64,000 nucleotides of DNA from Thermoplasmata archaeon (GCA_023269235.1 JAHFTW010000009.1:11872-75871); one strand, 5' to 3'. Positions 8,962 through 18,701 are shown, counted from the stretch's first letter. Numbers and translations are program-made. Notes: a model not told the origin generated them from the letters alone.

Positions 8962-8973
8962 CGCTTTAGACGG
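8962..8973 (+). promoter_or_regulatory. TATA-like promoter element (CGCTTTAGACGG)
   Basis: ~29 nt upstream of the ATG at 8994. Confidence 0.4.
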
Positions 8974-8993
8974 CCGCTTCGGTCCAAGCCCGA

Positions 8994-10589
8994 ATGGGCG
9001 GCCCGATCCAGTTCAAGCCGAACCTCCGGTTGTTCGAGGCCATCACCATCATCGTCGGCTCGATGATCGGCTCCGGCATCCTCCTGCTCCCCGCGGACAT
9101 GGCGGAGCTCCTGCCCAGCCCTGGCCTCATCCTGGTCGTCCTCGTCGTCGGCGCGCTCCTGACCGTCGTCGGCGCCCTCACCTTCGCGGAGCTCGCGAGC
9201 ATGTTCCCCCGCGCCGGCGGCCAGTACCATTTCCTCAAGGAAGGCCTAGGCCGCCCCGCATCCTACCTCTTCGGCTGGACGCAGTTCTGGGTCATCCAGA
9301 GCGGCATCGTGGCCGGCGTGGCGGTGGCGTTCAGCCGGTTCCTGAAGTACTTCGTCGAGCGCGCCGGCGGCGCGATGCCCGGGTTCGCCGTCAAGCTCAC
9401 CCCCAAGCTCGCCGTCGGCCCTTGCGTCACCACCAACGCCGACGGCGCCTGCCTGCGCCAGCTCCTCCAGATTGACCCTATCCAGATTCCCCCCTGGGGC
9501 GAGGCGTTCGTCGCCATCGCCGTCATCCTCGTGCTCTCGGCCCTCAACGCCCGATCCACGCTGCTCGCCGGCCGCGTGCAGAACCTCTCCACCATCGCCA
9601 AGGTGACGGGCCTCGCCGCCCTCGTCTTCATCGTCTTCGCCCTTGGCACGGCCTTCGGCAAGGTCGCGCCCGACGCCTACGCGGCGCGCGGCGGCGGCTT
9701 CGTGCCCGCCGGCATGGACGGCACCCAGCTCGTCATCGCCTTCGGCGGCGCGCTCGCGCTCAGCCTGTTCGCGTTCGACGGCTGGCCGCAGGCGACGTAC
9801 GTGGCCTCCGAGGTGCGCAACGCGCGGCGCAACCTGCCGCTCGCCCTCACCATCGGCCCGCTCGTCACGAGCGCGATTTACATCGCTCTGGCGGCTGCCT
9901 ACTTCTATGTCATCCCGACGGAGCAGGCGGTCCAGCTTGGCGTCGCCGACGCGCGCATCGCCCCGGAGGCGGCCGGCGCCGTCCTGGGGACGGGCGGCCG
10001 CGATTTCATCAGCGCCGTCGCGCTCGTCTCGGTCTTCGGCACAGTGAATGGCTTCCTGCTCACGGCGCCGCGCATCTTCTTCGCCTTCAGCCGCGATGGG
10101 GGCCTTCTCGGTTCGATGGGCAAGCTCAACCGGCATGGAACGCCGGCGTGGGCCATCTACTTCACCGCCGTCTGGGCGAGCCTGCTTGTCATGACGGGCG
10201 GCTACCAGCAACTCGTCACGATGGTCGTGTTTGGCATCTTCCTGTTCTACATCCCGACGTCGTTCGCCCATCTTCGCATGCGAGGCGTCCCGTGGCTACG
10301 GTTGCCGGGGACGCTGCGGGACGCGGACCGGCCCTACCGGACGCCGCTCTACCCGTTCATCCCCATCGCGTTCCTCGTGGCCTCCGTCTTCGTGGTCGTG
10401 AGCATCCTCTTGACCTCGATGGCGCAGGCGCTCTTCGCCCTCGTGCTCATCCTGCTTGGCATCCCTGTCTATTTCCTCCAACGCCGCCGCATGGAAGGGG
10501 CGGCGGAGGCCTTGGCCGAGGAAGAGGCTCGAGGCAGTGCCCTGCATGAGCCCGAAGAGCGCGCCGACCCCGACGCGGACGTGACCTGA
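8994..10589 (+). CDS. APC-superfamily amino acid permease
   Basis: 12-TM layout with an N-terminal signature (ITIIVGSMIGSGILLLPADM), FAFDGW and GTPAWAI. Confidence 0.85.
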   Translation: MGGPIQFKPNLRLFEAITIIVGSMIGSGILLLPADMAELLPSPGLILVVLVVGALLTVVGALTFAELASMFPRAGGQYHFLKEGLGRPASYLFGWTQFWVIQSGIVAGVAVAFSRFLKYFVERAGGAMPGFAVKLTPKLAVGPCVTTNADGACLRQLLQIDPIQIPPWGEAFVAIAVILVLSALNARSTLLAGRVQNLSTIAKVTGLAALVFIVFALGTAFGKVAPDAYAARGGGFVPAGMDGTQLVIAFGGALALSLFAFDGWPQATYVASEVRNARRNLPLALTIGPLVTSAIYIALAAAYFYVIPTEQAVQLGVADARIAPEAAGAVLGTGGRDFISAVALVSVFGTVNGFLLTAPRIFFAFSRDGGLLGSMGKLNRHGTPAWAIYFTAVWASLLVMTGGYQQLVTMVVFGIFLFYIPTSFAHLRMRGVPWLRLPGTLRDADRPYRTPLYPFIPIAFLVASVFVVVSILLTSMAQALFALVLILLGIPVYFLQRRRMEGAAEALAEEEARGSALHEPEERADPDADVT

Positions 10590-10620
10590 GCCGAATCGGC
10601 CCTCAAGTGGCCCACCCAGA

Positions 10621-10634
10621 ATCCTTTAGGACGG
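10621..10634 (+). promoter_or_regulatory. TATA-like promoter element (ATCCTTTAGGACGG)
   Basis: ~28 nt upstream of the ATG at 10654, which favours that ATG over the GTG at 10642. Confidence 0.4.
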
Positions 10635-10653
10635 CCCCCCGGTGAGGCGGGCA

Positions 10654-12078
10654 ATGGCGGAATCCCCGCAGAAGGCACTGGGGCTCACGACGGCCATCAC
10701 AATCATCGTGGGGGCCATGATTGGCTCGGGGATCCTATTCTTGCCGGCGGACATGCTGGCGCTCCTGCCTTCGCCTCCGTTGGTAATGCTGGTCTTCGTC
10801 GTCGCCGCCGTGCTCACCGTCCTCGGTTCCGTCACTGTCGCCGAGCTGTCCGGGATGTTCCCCAAGGCGGGCGGCCAGTACGTGTACCTCCGCGAGGCGT
10901 TCGGGCCCTTCCCAGCCTACCTGTTCGGATGGACGACGTTCTGGGTCGTGCAGACCGGGACCATCGCCGCCGTCGCCGCCGCGTTCGCAAAGGTGCTCGG
11001 CCGCTTCGTCGACCTGCCCGGCGCCAAGACGCCGCTCGTCGTCGCCGGCACCACGTTGCTGACGCTTCCCCCCTACGGCGAGGCGTTCGTCGCCATCGCG
11101 CTCATCCTGCTGCTCACGGCCATCAACTACTTCGGCGTCCGCTTCGGCGGCTTGGTGAGCAACGTCAGCACGTTCGCCAAGGCGACCGGATTGGTCCTCG
11201 TCGTCCTCCTGGTCCTTCTCTTCTACCACGGCCCCAGCCACCTCGTGGACCCCGCGACCCCGGCGCACGCCGACGGGACCGCATTCGGGTTCGGCGAAGC
11301 GTTCCAGGGCTTCGCCCTCTCCTTGGTGCTCATCCTCTTCGCGTACGACGGCTGGTACATGGCGACCTACGTCGCCCACGAGATGCGCAACCCCAAACGG
11401 GACGGCCCTCTCGCCCTGGGCCTCGCACCCCTCGTGACGACGGTCATCTACCTCGCCGTCGCGGCCGTGAGCCTGCACGCCGTGGGACTGACCGACGCCC
11501 TCGACATTCACGTCAACGGCGGCTACCTCGCCGGCAAGGCCGCGGAGATTGCCCTCGGCGACGTGGGGTTGAGCGTGGTGAGTGCCCTCGCGCTCGTCAG
11601 CATCTTCGGCACCACCAACGCCTTCGTCCTCACGGCGCCCCGCATCGCCTACGCCCAGGCGAAGGACGGCCTGTTCTTGCGCTCGATGGGGCGCCTCGAC
11701 CCCAAGCGCGGCACACCGGCGTACGGCTCCATTCTCTGCGGCCTGTGGGCAAGCCTGCTCGTGATGACGGGCCTGTACGACCAGCTCGTCGCCAGCGTGG
11801 TCTTCGCGGTCTTCCTGTTCCACATCCTGACCGCGGCGGCCTGGATGCGCCTGCGCAAGACTCAGCCTGACGCCGAGCGACCCTACAAGACGCCGGGAGG
11901 CCCAATCATCCCCGCACTCTTCCTGGCCACGAGCGCCGCCGTGGTCCTGGCGACCCTGGTGTACCCGGACTACCGCAACCAGGCGCTTCTCGAACTCGGC
12001 ATCATCGCCCTGGGGGTTCCCGTCTATTTCCTCCAGCGGAACAACGCGGCCAAGAAGGCCGCCCTGGGCGCGCCTTAG
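10654..12078 (+). CDS. APC-superfamily amino acid permease (paralog of 8994-10589)
   Basis: ITIIVGAMIGSGILFLPADM, FAYDGW and GTPAYGS are collinear with the upstream paralog. Confidence 0.85.
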   Translation: MAESPQKALGLTTAITIIVGAMIGSGILFLPADMLALLPSPPLVMLVFVVAAVLTVLGSVTVAELSGMFPKAGGQYVYLREAFGPFPAYLFGWTTFWVVQTGTIAAVAAAFAKVLGRFVDLPGAKTPLVVAGTTLLTLPPYGEAFVAIALILLLTAINYFGVRFGGLVSNVSTFAKATGLVLVVLLVLLFYHGPSHLVDPATPAHADGTAFGFGEAFQGFALSLVLILFAYDGWYMATYVAHEMRNPKRDGPLALGLAPLVTTVIYLAVAAVSLHAVGLTDALDIHVNGGYLAGKAAEIALGDVGLSVVSALALVSIFGTTNAFVLTAPRIAYAQAKDGLFLRSMGRLDPKRGTPAYGSILCGLWASLLVMTGLYDQLVASVVFAVFLFHILTAAAWMRLRKTQPDAERPYKTPGGPIIPALFLATSAAVVLATLVYPDYRNQALLELGIIALGVPVYFLQRNNAAKKAALGAP

Positions 12079-12299
12079 GATCGGACGGTCTCGTCGGGCG
12101 TCAGCTTGGCCGCAAGCTGCGGCGCGGTCACCCAGAGCAGGATGGCCGCAAGGCCCGCGACGACCATGGAGCCGGCGTGAAACAGATGGTCGCCACCCGT
12201 GGTGAGGATGAAGGCTAGGCCGATGCTCCAAGCGGGGAGCGCCACCAGGGCCGCCACGACGCGGACAATGACGACCGCTTTCTGGCGGTCGCTGCTCAT
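12075..12299 (-). CDS. small two-TM membrane protein at the distal end of the oxidase operon (possible small oxidase subunit)
   Basis: 74 aa with two hydrophobic helices. Its ATG overlaps the CoxIII stop (ATGA). Confidence 0.45.
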   Translation of the reverse strand: MSSDRQKAVVIVRVVAALVALPAWSIGLAFILTTGGDHLFHAGSMVVAGLAAILLWVTAPQLAAKLTPDETVRS

Positions 12300-13132
12300 G
12301 CGAAGCCGAGCGCGGGCAGGATGTAGAGCACCGTCAGGACGACGACCCAGACGATGTCCACGAAGTGCCAGTACATGCTCGCGACCTGGGGGCCGGCGTG
12401 GCGCTGGGCGTTGAACTGGCCCTTGCGGGCGCGCAGCCACATCACGAACAGCAGGCCGAGGCCGCCGAAGACGTGCAGGCCGTGCGTGCCGGTCAGGATG
12501 AAGAACGCCGTCATGAACTGCGACGAGCCGAGCGTGTGGCCCTCCGCGATCAAGTTGGTGTACTCCATGACCTGGCCGCCCAGGAACACCAGGCCGAGCA
12601 GGATAGTGAGGCCCCACCAGCGCACGAACTGCTTGTGCTCGTTGCGGCGCAGGTGGTTGTCCGCCTTGTGGATGGTCGCGGAGGAGGCGAACAGGAACAG
12701 GCTGAAGAAGCCGGTCTTCAGGAGGGGCAGCTCGACCTCGCCGTCGGGCCATCCGAGACCGTTCGCGTGGCTCAGGTGCTGGAACGTGAAGTAGTTGGCA
12801 AAGAGGGCGCCGAACAGGAAGAACTCGCTGCTGATGAACAGGAGCGCGCCCGCCTTCGGGATGTGCGTGCCGGTGCCGGTGTTGGAGGGCCACCACTTGT
12901 AGTCCTCGAAGAACCAGCCCGCGAGGGTGCCGACGACCGCGGCGACGCCGAGGCCGAGCACGGTGAGGCTGAGCGGCGAGGCGACGTGGGCGGCGTTCGG
13001 GTCGTTCATCTGCAGGCTCTGGCCCAGCATGACGAGGCCGATGCCGAGCAGGCTGATGGCGACGGCGAGCCAGAACGGCCAGACGGAGCCGTGCGGCAGG
13101 TGCGGGTGGTCCCCGCCTTGGTCGGAGGACAT
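12296..13132 (-). CDS. coxC: heme-copper oxidase subunit III
   Basis: Seven-TM CoxIII-like sequence (FFLFGALFANYFTF, GTHGLHVFGG, HFVDIVWVVV). The ATG immediately follows the CoxI stop (TAGATG). Confidence 0.85.
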   Translation of the reverse strand: MSSDQGGDHPHLPHGSVWPFWLAVAISLLGIGLVMLGQSLQMNDPNAAHVASPLSLTVLGLGVAAVVGTLAGWFFEDYKWWPSNTGTGTHIPKAGALLFISSEFFLFGALFANYFTFQHLSHANGLGWPDGEVELPLLKTGFFSLFLFASSATIHKADNHLRRNEHKQFVRWWGLTILLGLVFLGGQVMEYTNLIAEGHTLGSSQFMTAFFILTGTHGLHVFGGLGLLFVMWLRARKGQFNAQRHAGPQVASMYWHFVDIVWVVVLTVLYILPALGFA

Positions 13133-14812
13133 CTACGCGGCCTCCAGGCGCTCGGCGGCGGCGCGGGCCTTCGCCTCGGTGACGGCGAGCGGCTCGGGCT
13201 CATGGTCCACGATGAGGCCCTCGCCGAGCTTGACGCGGCCCTGCTCCCAGAGCTGGTACTCGACGACGCGGTTGCCGCCCCAGGGGTCGGCGCTGACGCG
13301 GACGTTGCGGCGGTGGCTCACGGCGACGTTGAGGAGGAACACGAAGACCGCGAGCGCGATCATGAACGCGCCGACGGTGCTCATCTGGTTCAGGAGGGTC
13401 TGGATGTTGCCATACTGCGGCAGCGGGTCGTAGTCGACGACGCGGCGCGGCATGCCGTTGAGGCCGAGCAGGAACTGCGGGAAGAACGTGAGGTTGAACC
13501 CGACGAACATGAGCCAGAACTGCCCGTTCGCCATCTTCTCGTTGTACATGCGGCCGTTGGAGAGGATGGGGTACCAGTAGTAGATGCCCGCGAAGATGCC
13601 GAAGACGGCGCCGCCCACCATCGTGTAGTGGAAGTGCGCGACGACGAAGTAGGAGTCGTGCAGCGCGTAGTCCACGGGGATGGCGCCGAGCATGACGCCG
13701 GTGATGCCGCCGATGACGAAGAGCCAGATGAAGCCGAGAGCGTGCTTCATCGGGGCCTTGAGGGCGATCTGGCCGCCCCACATCGTGGTGAGCCAGTTGA
13801 ACACCTTGACGCCGGTCGGGACGCCCACCAGCATCGTGTTGAACATGAAGACGGCGCGCACGGTCGGGTTGATGCCGGTGGTGAACATGTGGTGGGCCCA
13901 CACGATGAAGCCGACGATGGCGATGCCCATCATGGCCCACGCCATCGAGGTGTAGCCGAAGACGGGGCGGCGGCTGAACTTGGGGATGACCTCGTTGAGG
14001 ACGCCCATGAGGGGCAGGATGAGGACGTACACCTCGGGGTGGCCGAAGAACCAGAACAGGTGCTGGTAGAGGATGGGCTCGGAGCCGGCGCCGGTGAAGA
14101 AGTGCGTGCCGAAGCTGCGGTCGAAGAGCAGCATGAGGAACGCGACGGTGACGACGGGAAGCGAGAAAACGAGGAGGACCGAGGTGGCGAGCTGCGCCCA
14201 CGCGAACAGGGGCATGTTGAACAGCGTCACGCCGGGGCCGCGCATCTTGAAGATGGTGACCAGGAAGTTGATGGAGCCGAGCGTGGAGGCCATGCCGAGC
14301 AGGATGAGCGCGAGGATCCACAGGTCGAGGCCGACGCCGGGGAACGTGGTGGAGAGCGGCGGGTAGCCGACCCAGGTGACGTTGACGGCGGTCCAGCCCT
14401 GGATGAGGAGCGGGAGGTAGAGCAGGATGCCGGCGGGGACGATGAGCCAGAACGACAGGGCGTTGACGCGCGGGTACGCCATGTCCTTCGCCTTCAGCAT
14501 GATGGGCACGAAGTAGTTGCCCAGGCCGGCGACGGCGGGCATGATCCACAGGAACACCATCGTGGTGCCGTGCAGCGAGAAGAGCTCGTTGAACGTCTCG
14601 CCGGAGACGACTTGCAGCCCGGGTTGGAACAGCTCCAGGCGCATGAGGAGAGCCGCGATGCCGCCCAGGATGAAGAACACGAAGCCGGCCCAGAGGTACA
14701 TCAGGCCGATCTCCTTGTGGTCGGTGGTCGTGAGCCAGCGCATCAGGCCGGTGCGCTTGTGGGAGGGCTCGGCCATCACGAATTCAGCGGCAGCCATGGG
14801 CAGCTTCGCCAC
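13133..14812 (-). CDS. coxA: heme-copper (cytochrome c/quinol-type A) oxidase subunit I
   Basis: Canonical motifs WFFGHPEVYVLILP, GFIVWAHHMF and VVAHFHYTMVGG. Confidence 0.95.
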   Translation of the reverse strand: MAKLPMAAAEFVMAEPSHKRTGLMRWLTTTDHKEIGLMYLWAGFVFFILGGIAALLMRLELFQPGLQVVSGETFNELFSLHGTTMVFLWIMPAVAGLGNYFVPIMLKAKDMAYPRVNALSFWLIVPAGILLYLPLLIQGWTAVNVTWVGYPPLSTTFPGVGLDLWILALILLGMASTLGSINFLVTIFKMRGPGVTLFNMPLFAWAQLATSVLLVFSLPVVTVAFLMLLFDRSFGTHFFTGAGSEPILYQHLFWFFGHPEVYVLILPLMGVLNEVIPKFSRRPVFGYTSMAWAMMGIAIVGFIVWAHHMFTTGINPTVRAVFMFNTMLVGVPTGVKVFNWLTTMWGGQIALKAPMKHALGFIWLFVIGGITGVMLGAIPVDYALHDSYFVVAHFHYTMVGGAVFGIFAGIYYWYPILSNGRMYNEKMANGQFWLMFVGFNLTFFPQFLLGLNGMPRRVVDYDPLPQYGNIQTLLNQMSTVGAFMIALAVFVFLLNVAVSHRRNVRVSADPWGGNRVVEYQLWEQGRVKLGEGLIVDHEPEPLAVTEAKARAAAERLEAA

Positions 14813-14865
14813 TTCCGGGCCCTACAAAAGCCCGGCGGGCCGCAACAGGAGGAAAACACCGGCTG

Positions 14866-14875
14866 GGTTTATGGG
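14866..14875 (+). promoter_or_regulatory. TATA-like element (GGTTTATGGG) in the coxA/coxB divergent intergenic region
   Basis: ~33 nt upstream of the coxB ATG at 14903, in a 90-bp divergent spacer. Confidence 0.4.
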
Positions 14876-14902
14876 CGGGGCCCTCGTCGGCCGACCCTGT
14901 CC

Positions 14903-16276
14903 ATGATGCGCCCGGCCCGCGCCGCAGCCGTCTTCCTCACCGCCCTCGCCGCCGCCGTCGTGGCCTTCCCCGCCGCCACGGCGAAGTGGGGCATGCCCGA
15001 CGCCCTCACCGGCCGCGGCAAGGTCGTCGAAGACCTGTTCGGGATGATCCTGATGTTCAGCATCGTCACGTTCGCCATCGTCTTCGTCTGGCTCGTCATC
15101 CTCATTGTCCGCTACCGCGAGGGCACGGGCCACGGCCGCGCCACGCATGAGAAGGAGCGCCACAGCATCAAGGCGGAGGTCGCCTGGTTCGGCGTCCCCC
15201 TCCTCATGGTGCTGTTCATCGGCTACTCCGCGTACGGCGGCCTCGTCACGCTCGACCATGGCATCCCCATCGACCAGACCTCGATGGAGATCAAGATCAC
15301 CGGCAGCCAGTGGAACTGGCTCGCGGACTACGGCTCCGGCGTGCAGGTGTTCGCCAACCCCGACGCCACGACCGGCCACGTCGCCGGCGCGAACGCGTTC
15401 ATGGTCCCGCAGGACACCAACATCCTGCTCAACATCACGAGCGTGGACGTCATCCACGCCTTCCAGGTGCTCGACGCCAACCGCGCCTACGTCCTCTTCA
15501 ACGACGCCAACCCCGGCGGCGAGAACGCGCACGCCCTGCAGACCGTCAACTTCCCGGCGGGCAGCTACTTCGTCCAGTGCAACAAGATGTGCCTGAACCC
15601 GGGCCACGCCTACATGCACGCCGCCATCCAGGCCGTGCCGATGGCGCAGTACCAGCACTGGTTCTTCGGCAAGGCCGCCGCCGGCACCGCTCCTCTCGTG
15701 CAGGACCTGAAGCTCGAGTCCAAGGCGGACGGCCTGCACTGGGCCGGCAACCACACCCTCCTTTCCGGCGGACTCACCGTCGCCGCGCAGACGCGCGTCG
15801 TCGTCGAGCTCACCGACACCACCGCCGGCGTCACCCTCAAGGCGCAGGGCGTGCAGGAGAAGACCATTCCCGCCGGCACCGTCGCGGACACCTTCATCAG
15901 CTTCGACGCCGCGCAGGCGGGGACCTACACGCTCTCCGGCTCCAACGGCGGCAAGCTCACCCTCACCGCCATCGCGGCGACGCCGCTCACCGTGGACCTG
16001 GGCAATTTCCAGTTCGTCCCGGACCACATCGACCTGAAGGCGGGCACAACCTACCTCATCCAGGTCCCCAACCTTCACAGCGCGACGCACGACTTGCACG
16101 TCGGCACCTACAACGGCGGCACCGGCGACGTGGTCTTGGCCACCAGCCCCAGCGTGGCCGGCGGCGCGACGAGCGCGTTCCTCATCACGCCGACGCAGAA
16201 GGGCACCTTCGACATGTGGTGCAGCCAATCCGGCCACGTCGGGCTCGGCATGCGCGGAACCGTCACCGTCAGTTAG
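14903..16276 (+). CDS. coxB: heme-copper oxidase subunit II (CuA) fused to C-terminal cupredoxin domains, the last with a type-1 Cu ligand set
   Basis: Two N-terminal TM helices. CuA region DVIHAFQV ... QCNKMCLNPGHAYM. C-terminal ~100 aa has H (SATHDLHV) and C-x4-H-x4-M (WCSQSGHVGLGM). The upstream 846 codons of the ORF are antisense to coxA/coxC. Confidence 0.85.
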   Translation: MMRPARAAAVFLTALAAAVVAFPAATAKWGMPDALTGRGKVVEDLFGMILMFSIVTFAIVFVWLVILIVRYREGTGHGRATHEKERHSIKAEVAWFGVPLLMVLFIGYSAYGGLVTLDHGIPIDQTSMEIKITGSQWNWLADYGSGVQVFANPDATTGHVAGANAFMVPQDTNILLNITSVDVIHAFQVLDANRAYVLFNDANPGGENAHALQTVNFPAGSYFVQCNKMCLNPGHAYMHAAIQAVPMAQYQHWFFGKAAAGTAPLVQDLKLESKADGLHWAGNHTLLSGGLTVAAQTRVVVELTDTTAGVTLKAQGVQEKTIPAGTVADTFISFDAAQAGTYTLSGSNGGKLTLTAIAATPLTVDLGNFQFVPDHIDLKAGTTYLIQVPNLHSATHDLHVGTYNGGTGDVVLATSPSVAGGATSAFLITPTQKGTFDMWCSQSGHVGLGMRGTVTVS

Positions 16277-16339
16277 GCCGCTGCGCAAGGCTCCTCCTCA
16301 AGCGTCTGCATGACGGCACGTGCTGCGCGTTGTGGCGGC

Positions 16340-16400
16340 CTAAGGGGTCAACCGTGTACCATCCCGCGGGAAGAGGACGCTTCCCTGATGTTCGGCAATC
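16340..16400 (-). repeat. degenerate, frameshifted copy of the last ~20 codons of aspS
   Basis: On the minus strand it reads LPNIREA, then, after restoring a 1-nt deletion, ILFPRDGTRLTP-stop. The genuine aspS end is LPNIREAILFPRDVTRLTP-stop at 16509-16568. Confidence 0.7.
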
Positions 16401-16508
16401 TCACGCCGGCGCGCCGAGCGCGGCCGGGAAGCGGCCGTCGCTTCGCTCGGACGACTTGCGCTTGAGCAACCGGGACACGCACTTGCCCGCGAGGGTCCGC
16501 ACCTTCGC

Positions 16509-17867
16509 CTACGGCGTCAGGCGCGTCACATCGCGCGGGAAGAGGATGGCTTCCCTGATGTTCGGAAGCCCCAACATCATCATGAGGATGCGTTCGATGC
16601 CGATGCCGCAGCCGCCATGCGGGGGCATCCCGTAGCGGAAGGCGTCGAGGTAGTCCTTGAAGTCCTTCGGGTCGAGGCCCCAGCGCTTGATGCCCGCCTC
16701 GAGGAGGACGGGGTCGTGGATGCGCTGGCCGCCCGAGATGAGCTCGACGCCGCGGTAGTCCAAATCGAAGCCGCGGCACAGGCGGGAGTCTTGGGTGCCG
16801 TCCTCGGGCATGACGTAGAACGGCTTCGGGGCGAGCGGCCACTTCGTGATGAAGTAGAAGTCGTGGCCCTCGCGCTTCATGGCGCGCCACAGGACCTTCT
16901 CGGCGGAGCTTCCGATGTCGTCGCCAAACTTCAGGTGGGGCATCTTGAGCTCGGCCGGCAGGTCGGTGGCGGTGTCGAGCTCGTGGTTGATGATGGTGAG
17001 CGCCTCCTCGTAGGGGACGCGGCGGAAGCCCTTCGTCGGCACGGGGACGTCGGCCTTGAGGGTCGCGACCTCGGCCGCGCAGTCCGTCGCCACGGCCTTC
17101 CAGATGTGGCTCAGCAGGCCCTCGATGGCCTTCATGACGTCCTCCTCGGACTCGATGAACGAGAGCTCGAGATCGAACGCGGTGGACTCGTTGAGGTGGC
17201 GCACGGTGTTGTGCTTCTCGGCGCGGAAGTACCAGCCGACCTCGAAGACGCGGTCCATGCCGGCGGCCATCATCATCTGCTTGTAGAGCTGCGGCGACTG
17301 GGCCAGGAACGCCTTGCGGCCGAAGTAGTCGAACTTGTAGACGTCCGTTCCGCCCTCGCTGGAGGCGCCCGAGATGTTGGAGGTGTGGATCTCCTGGAAG
17401 CCGTTGGCGCGAAGCCAGGTGCTTCCCGACTCCACGACCTTGTGCCGGATGCGGAAGATGGCCGCGCTGCGGTTGCCGCGCAGGTCGAGGTAGCGGTTGT
17501 CGAGGCGCGTGTCGATGCCGGTCTCGATCTTGTCGTCCCACAGCGCGAACGGCAGGGGTGTCGCGGCGACGTTGAGGACCTTGGCGGCGCTCGGGATGAC
17601 CTCGAAGCCCGCCTTCGCCTTCTCGGTGGCCTGCACGAGGCCGGTGATGGAGACGACGGACTCGGGGCTCAGCGGCGTGAGCTGGTCGAAGAGCGGGCCG
17701 TTGCCCTCCTTCTTGATGACGAACTGGACCAGGCCGGTGCGGTCGCGCAGGACCAGGAACGCCATGGTGCCCTTGGCGCGGATGGTCTGGACCCAGCCCG
17801 CGAAGGTCTGCGTCGTGCCGTAATGGGCGGGCTTGACCTCGCCGCAGCCGAGCGTGCGCAGTGTCAT
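16509..17867 (-). CDS. aspS: aspartyl-tRNA synthetase, archaeal type
   Basis: OB-fold N-domain plus class II motifs (FRAEKHNT, GGQRIHD, GMPPHGGCGIGIERI). Confidence 0.9.
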   Translation of the reverse strand: MTLRTLGCGEVKPAHYGTTQTFAGWVQTIRAKGTMAFLVLRDRTGLVQFVIKKEGNGPLFDQLTPLSPESVVSITGLVQATEKAKAGFEVIPSAAKVLNVAATPLPFALWDDKIETGIDTRLDNRYLDLRGNRSAAIFRIRHKVVESGSTWLRANGFQEIHTSNISGASSEGGTDVYKFDYFGRKAFLAQSPQLYKQMMMAAGMDRVFEVGWYFRAEKHNTVRHLNESTAFDLELSFIESEEDVMKAIEGLLSHIWKAVATDCAAEVATLKADVPVPTKGFRRVPYEEALTIINHELDTATDLPAELKMPHLKFGDDIGSSAEKVLWRAMKREGHDFYFITKWPLAPKPFYVMPEDGTQDSRLCRGFDLDYRGVELISGGQRIHDPVLLEAGIKRWGLDPKDFKDYLDAFRYGMPPHGGCGIGIERILMMMLGLPNIREAILFPRDVTRLTP

Positions 17868-17893
17868 CGCGGGCGCGACGGAGGGGCTCTACT

Positions 17894-18583
17894 TTACTTC
17901 GGCGGCGCCCGCTTCTGGGGGGCCGGCGGGGGCGACGAGGCGGGGGCCTTCCTCAAGGGGGCGGCGACCGTGGGAATGGTCTTCGGGGGACCCGCCGGTT
18001 TGAGTCCACCGGGCACCGGGCGTACGGGGCTGGGGGCGAAGGCGGGCGGCACGGGGGTCGGGGCTGCCTCGGCATCGGCCGGGGCGCGCAGAAGGAGCAC
18101 CATCGGGGCGACGAGGAGCAGGCAGAGCAGGCCTGCGAGGATGTTGGCGCCGTTGCCGAAATTGCCGAACTGGTTGCTTGGGATGAACAGCATCGTCAGG
18201 ATGGCGATGCCGGCGGCGACCGGACCCGCCGCGAGCATCCAGGCGGGCTCGACGCGCTCCTGGCGGGCGAGCAGGATGGCGACCCAGGCGAGCACGCAGA
18301 GCGCGGCCTGGTAGGGGCCGTTGAAGAGATCGGGCAGCCGTGGGACGAGGGTTCCGCCCTCGCGCACGATGGGGTTGAAGTAGAGCAGGGCCGAGAGTCC
18401 GGCCAGGGCAAGGGCGACGCCGAGGAAGACCGGGGTGGCGCGGCGCTCCAGGATCAAGAAGAGCGCGGCGGCGAGCAGGAACAGGAGGACCAGGAACGGC
18501 ACGAGCGGCCCCACGACGGCCCAGGAGAAGGCGGCCCCAAAGACCGCGGCCACGATGCCCACGACGGGAAGCGACTTGCCCAT
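17894..18583 (-). CDS. hypothetical polytopic membrane protein with a Pro/Ala/Lys-rich C-terminal tail
   Basis: About six hydrophobic helices, then PTPVPPAFAPSPVRPVPGGLKPAGPPK...APQKRAPPK. I chose the internal ATG (MGKSLPVV); the ORF is open to 18700. Confidence 0.5.
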   Translation of the reverse strand: MGKSLPVVGIVAAVFGAAFSWAVVGPLVPFLVLLFLLAAALFLILERRATPVFLGVALALAGLSALLYFNPIVREGGTLVPRLPDLFNGPYQAALCVLAWVAILLARQERVEPAWMLAAGPVAAGIAILTMLFIPSNQFGNFGNGANILAGLLCLLLVAPMVLLLRAPADAEAAPTPVPPAFAPSPVRPVPGGLKPAGPPKTIPTVAAPLRKAPASSPPPAPQKRAPPK

Positions 18584-18701
18584 GGGAACCCACCGGCGGG
18601 AATGGATGAAAACCTGCCGACCGACCTTCAAGCGAAGGTCGATCACGCTGGACGGCGGGACCTGCGGTCCCGCAGGCCTGTTTTTGGGGCGGGCGACCAA
18701 C

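Noticed and set aside
12365-14902. First 846 codons of the 1303-aa plus-strand ORF (12365-16276)
   Set aside because: It is antisense to the unambiguous coxC and coxA genes and its composition is Gly/Ala/Asp/Glu/Arg-rich low complexity. Only the portion from the ATG at 14903 (CoxII) is real. It is a typical long open frame of GC-rich DNA.
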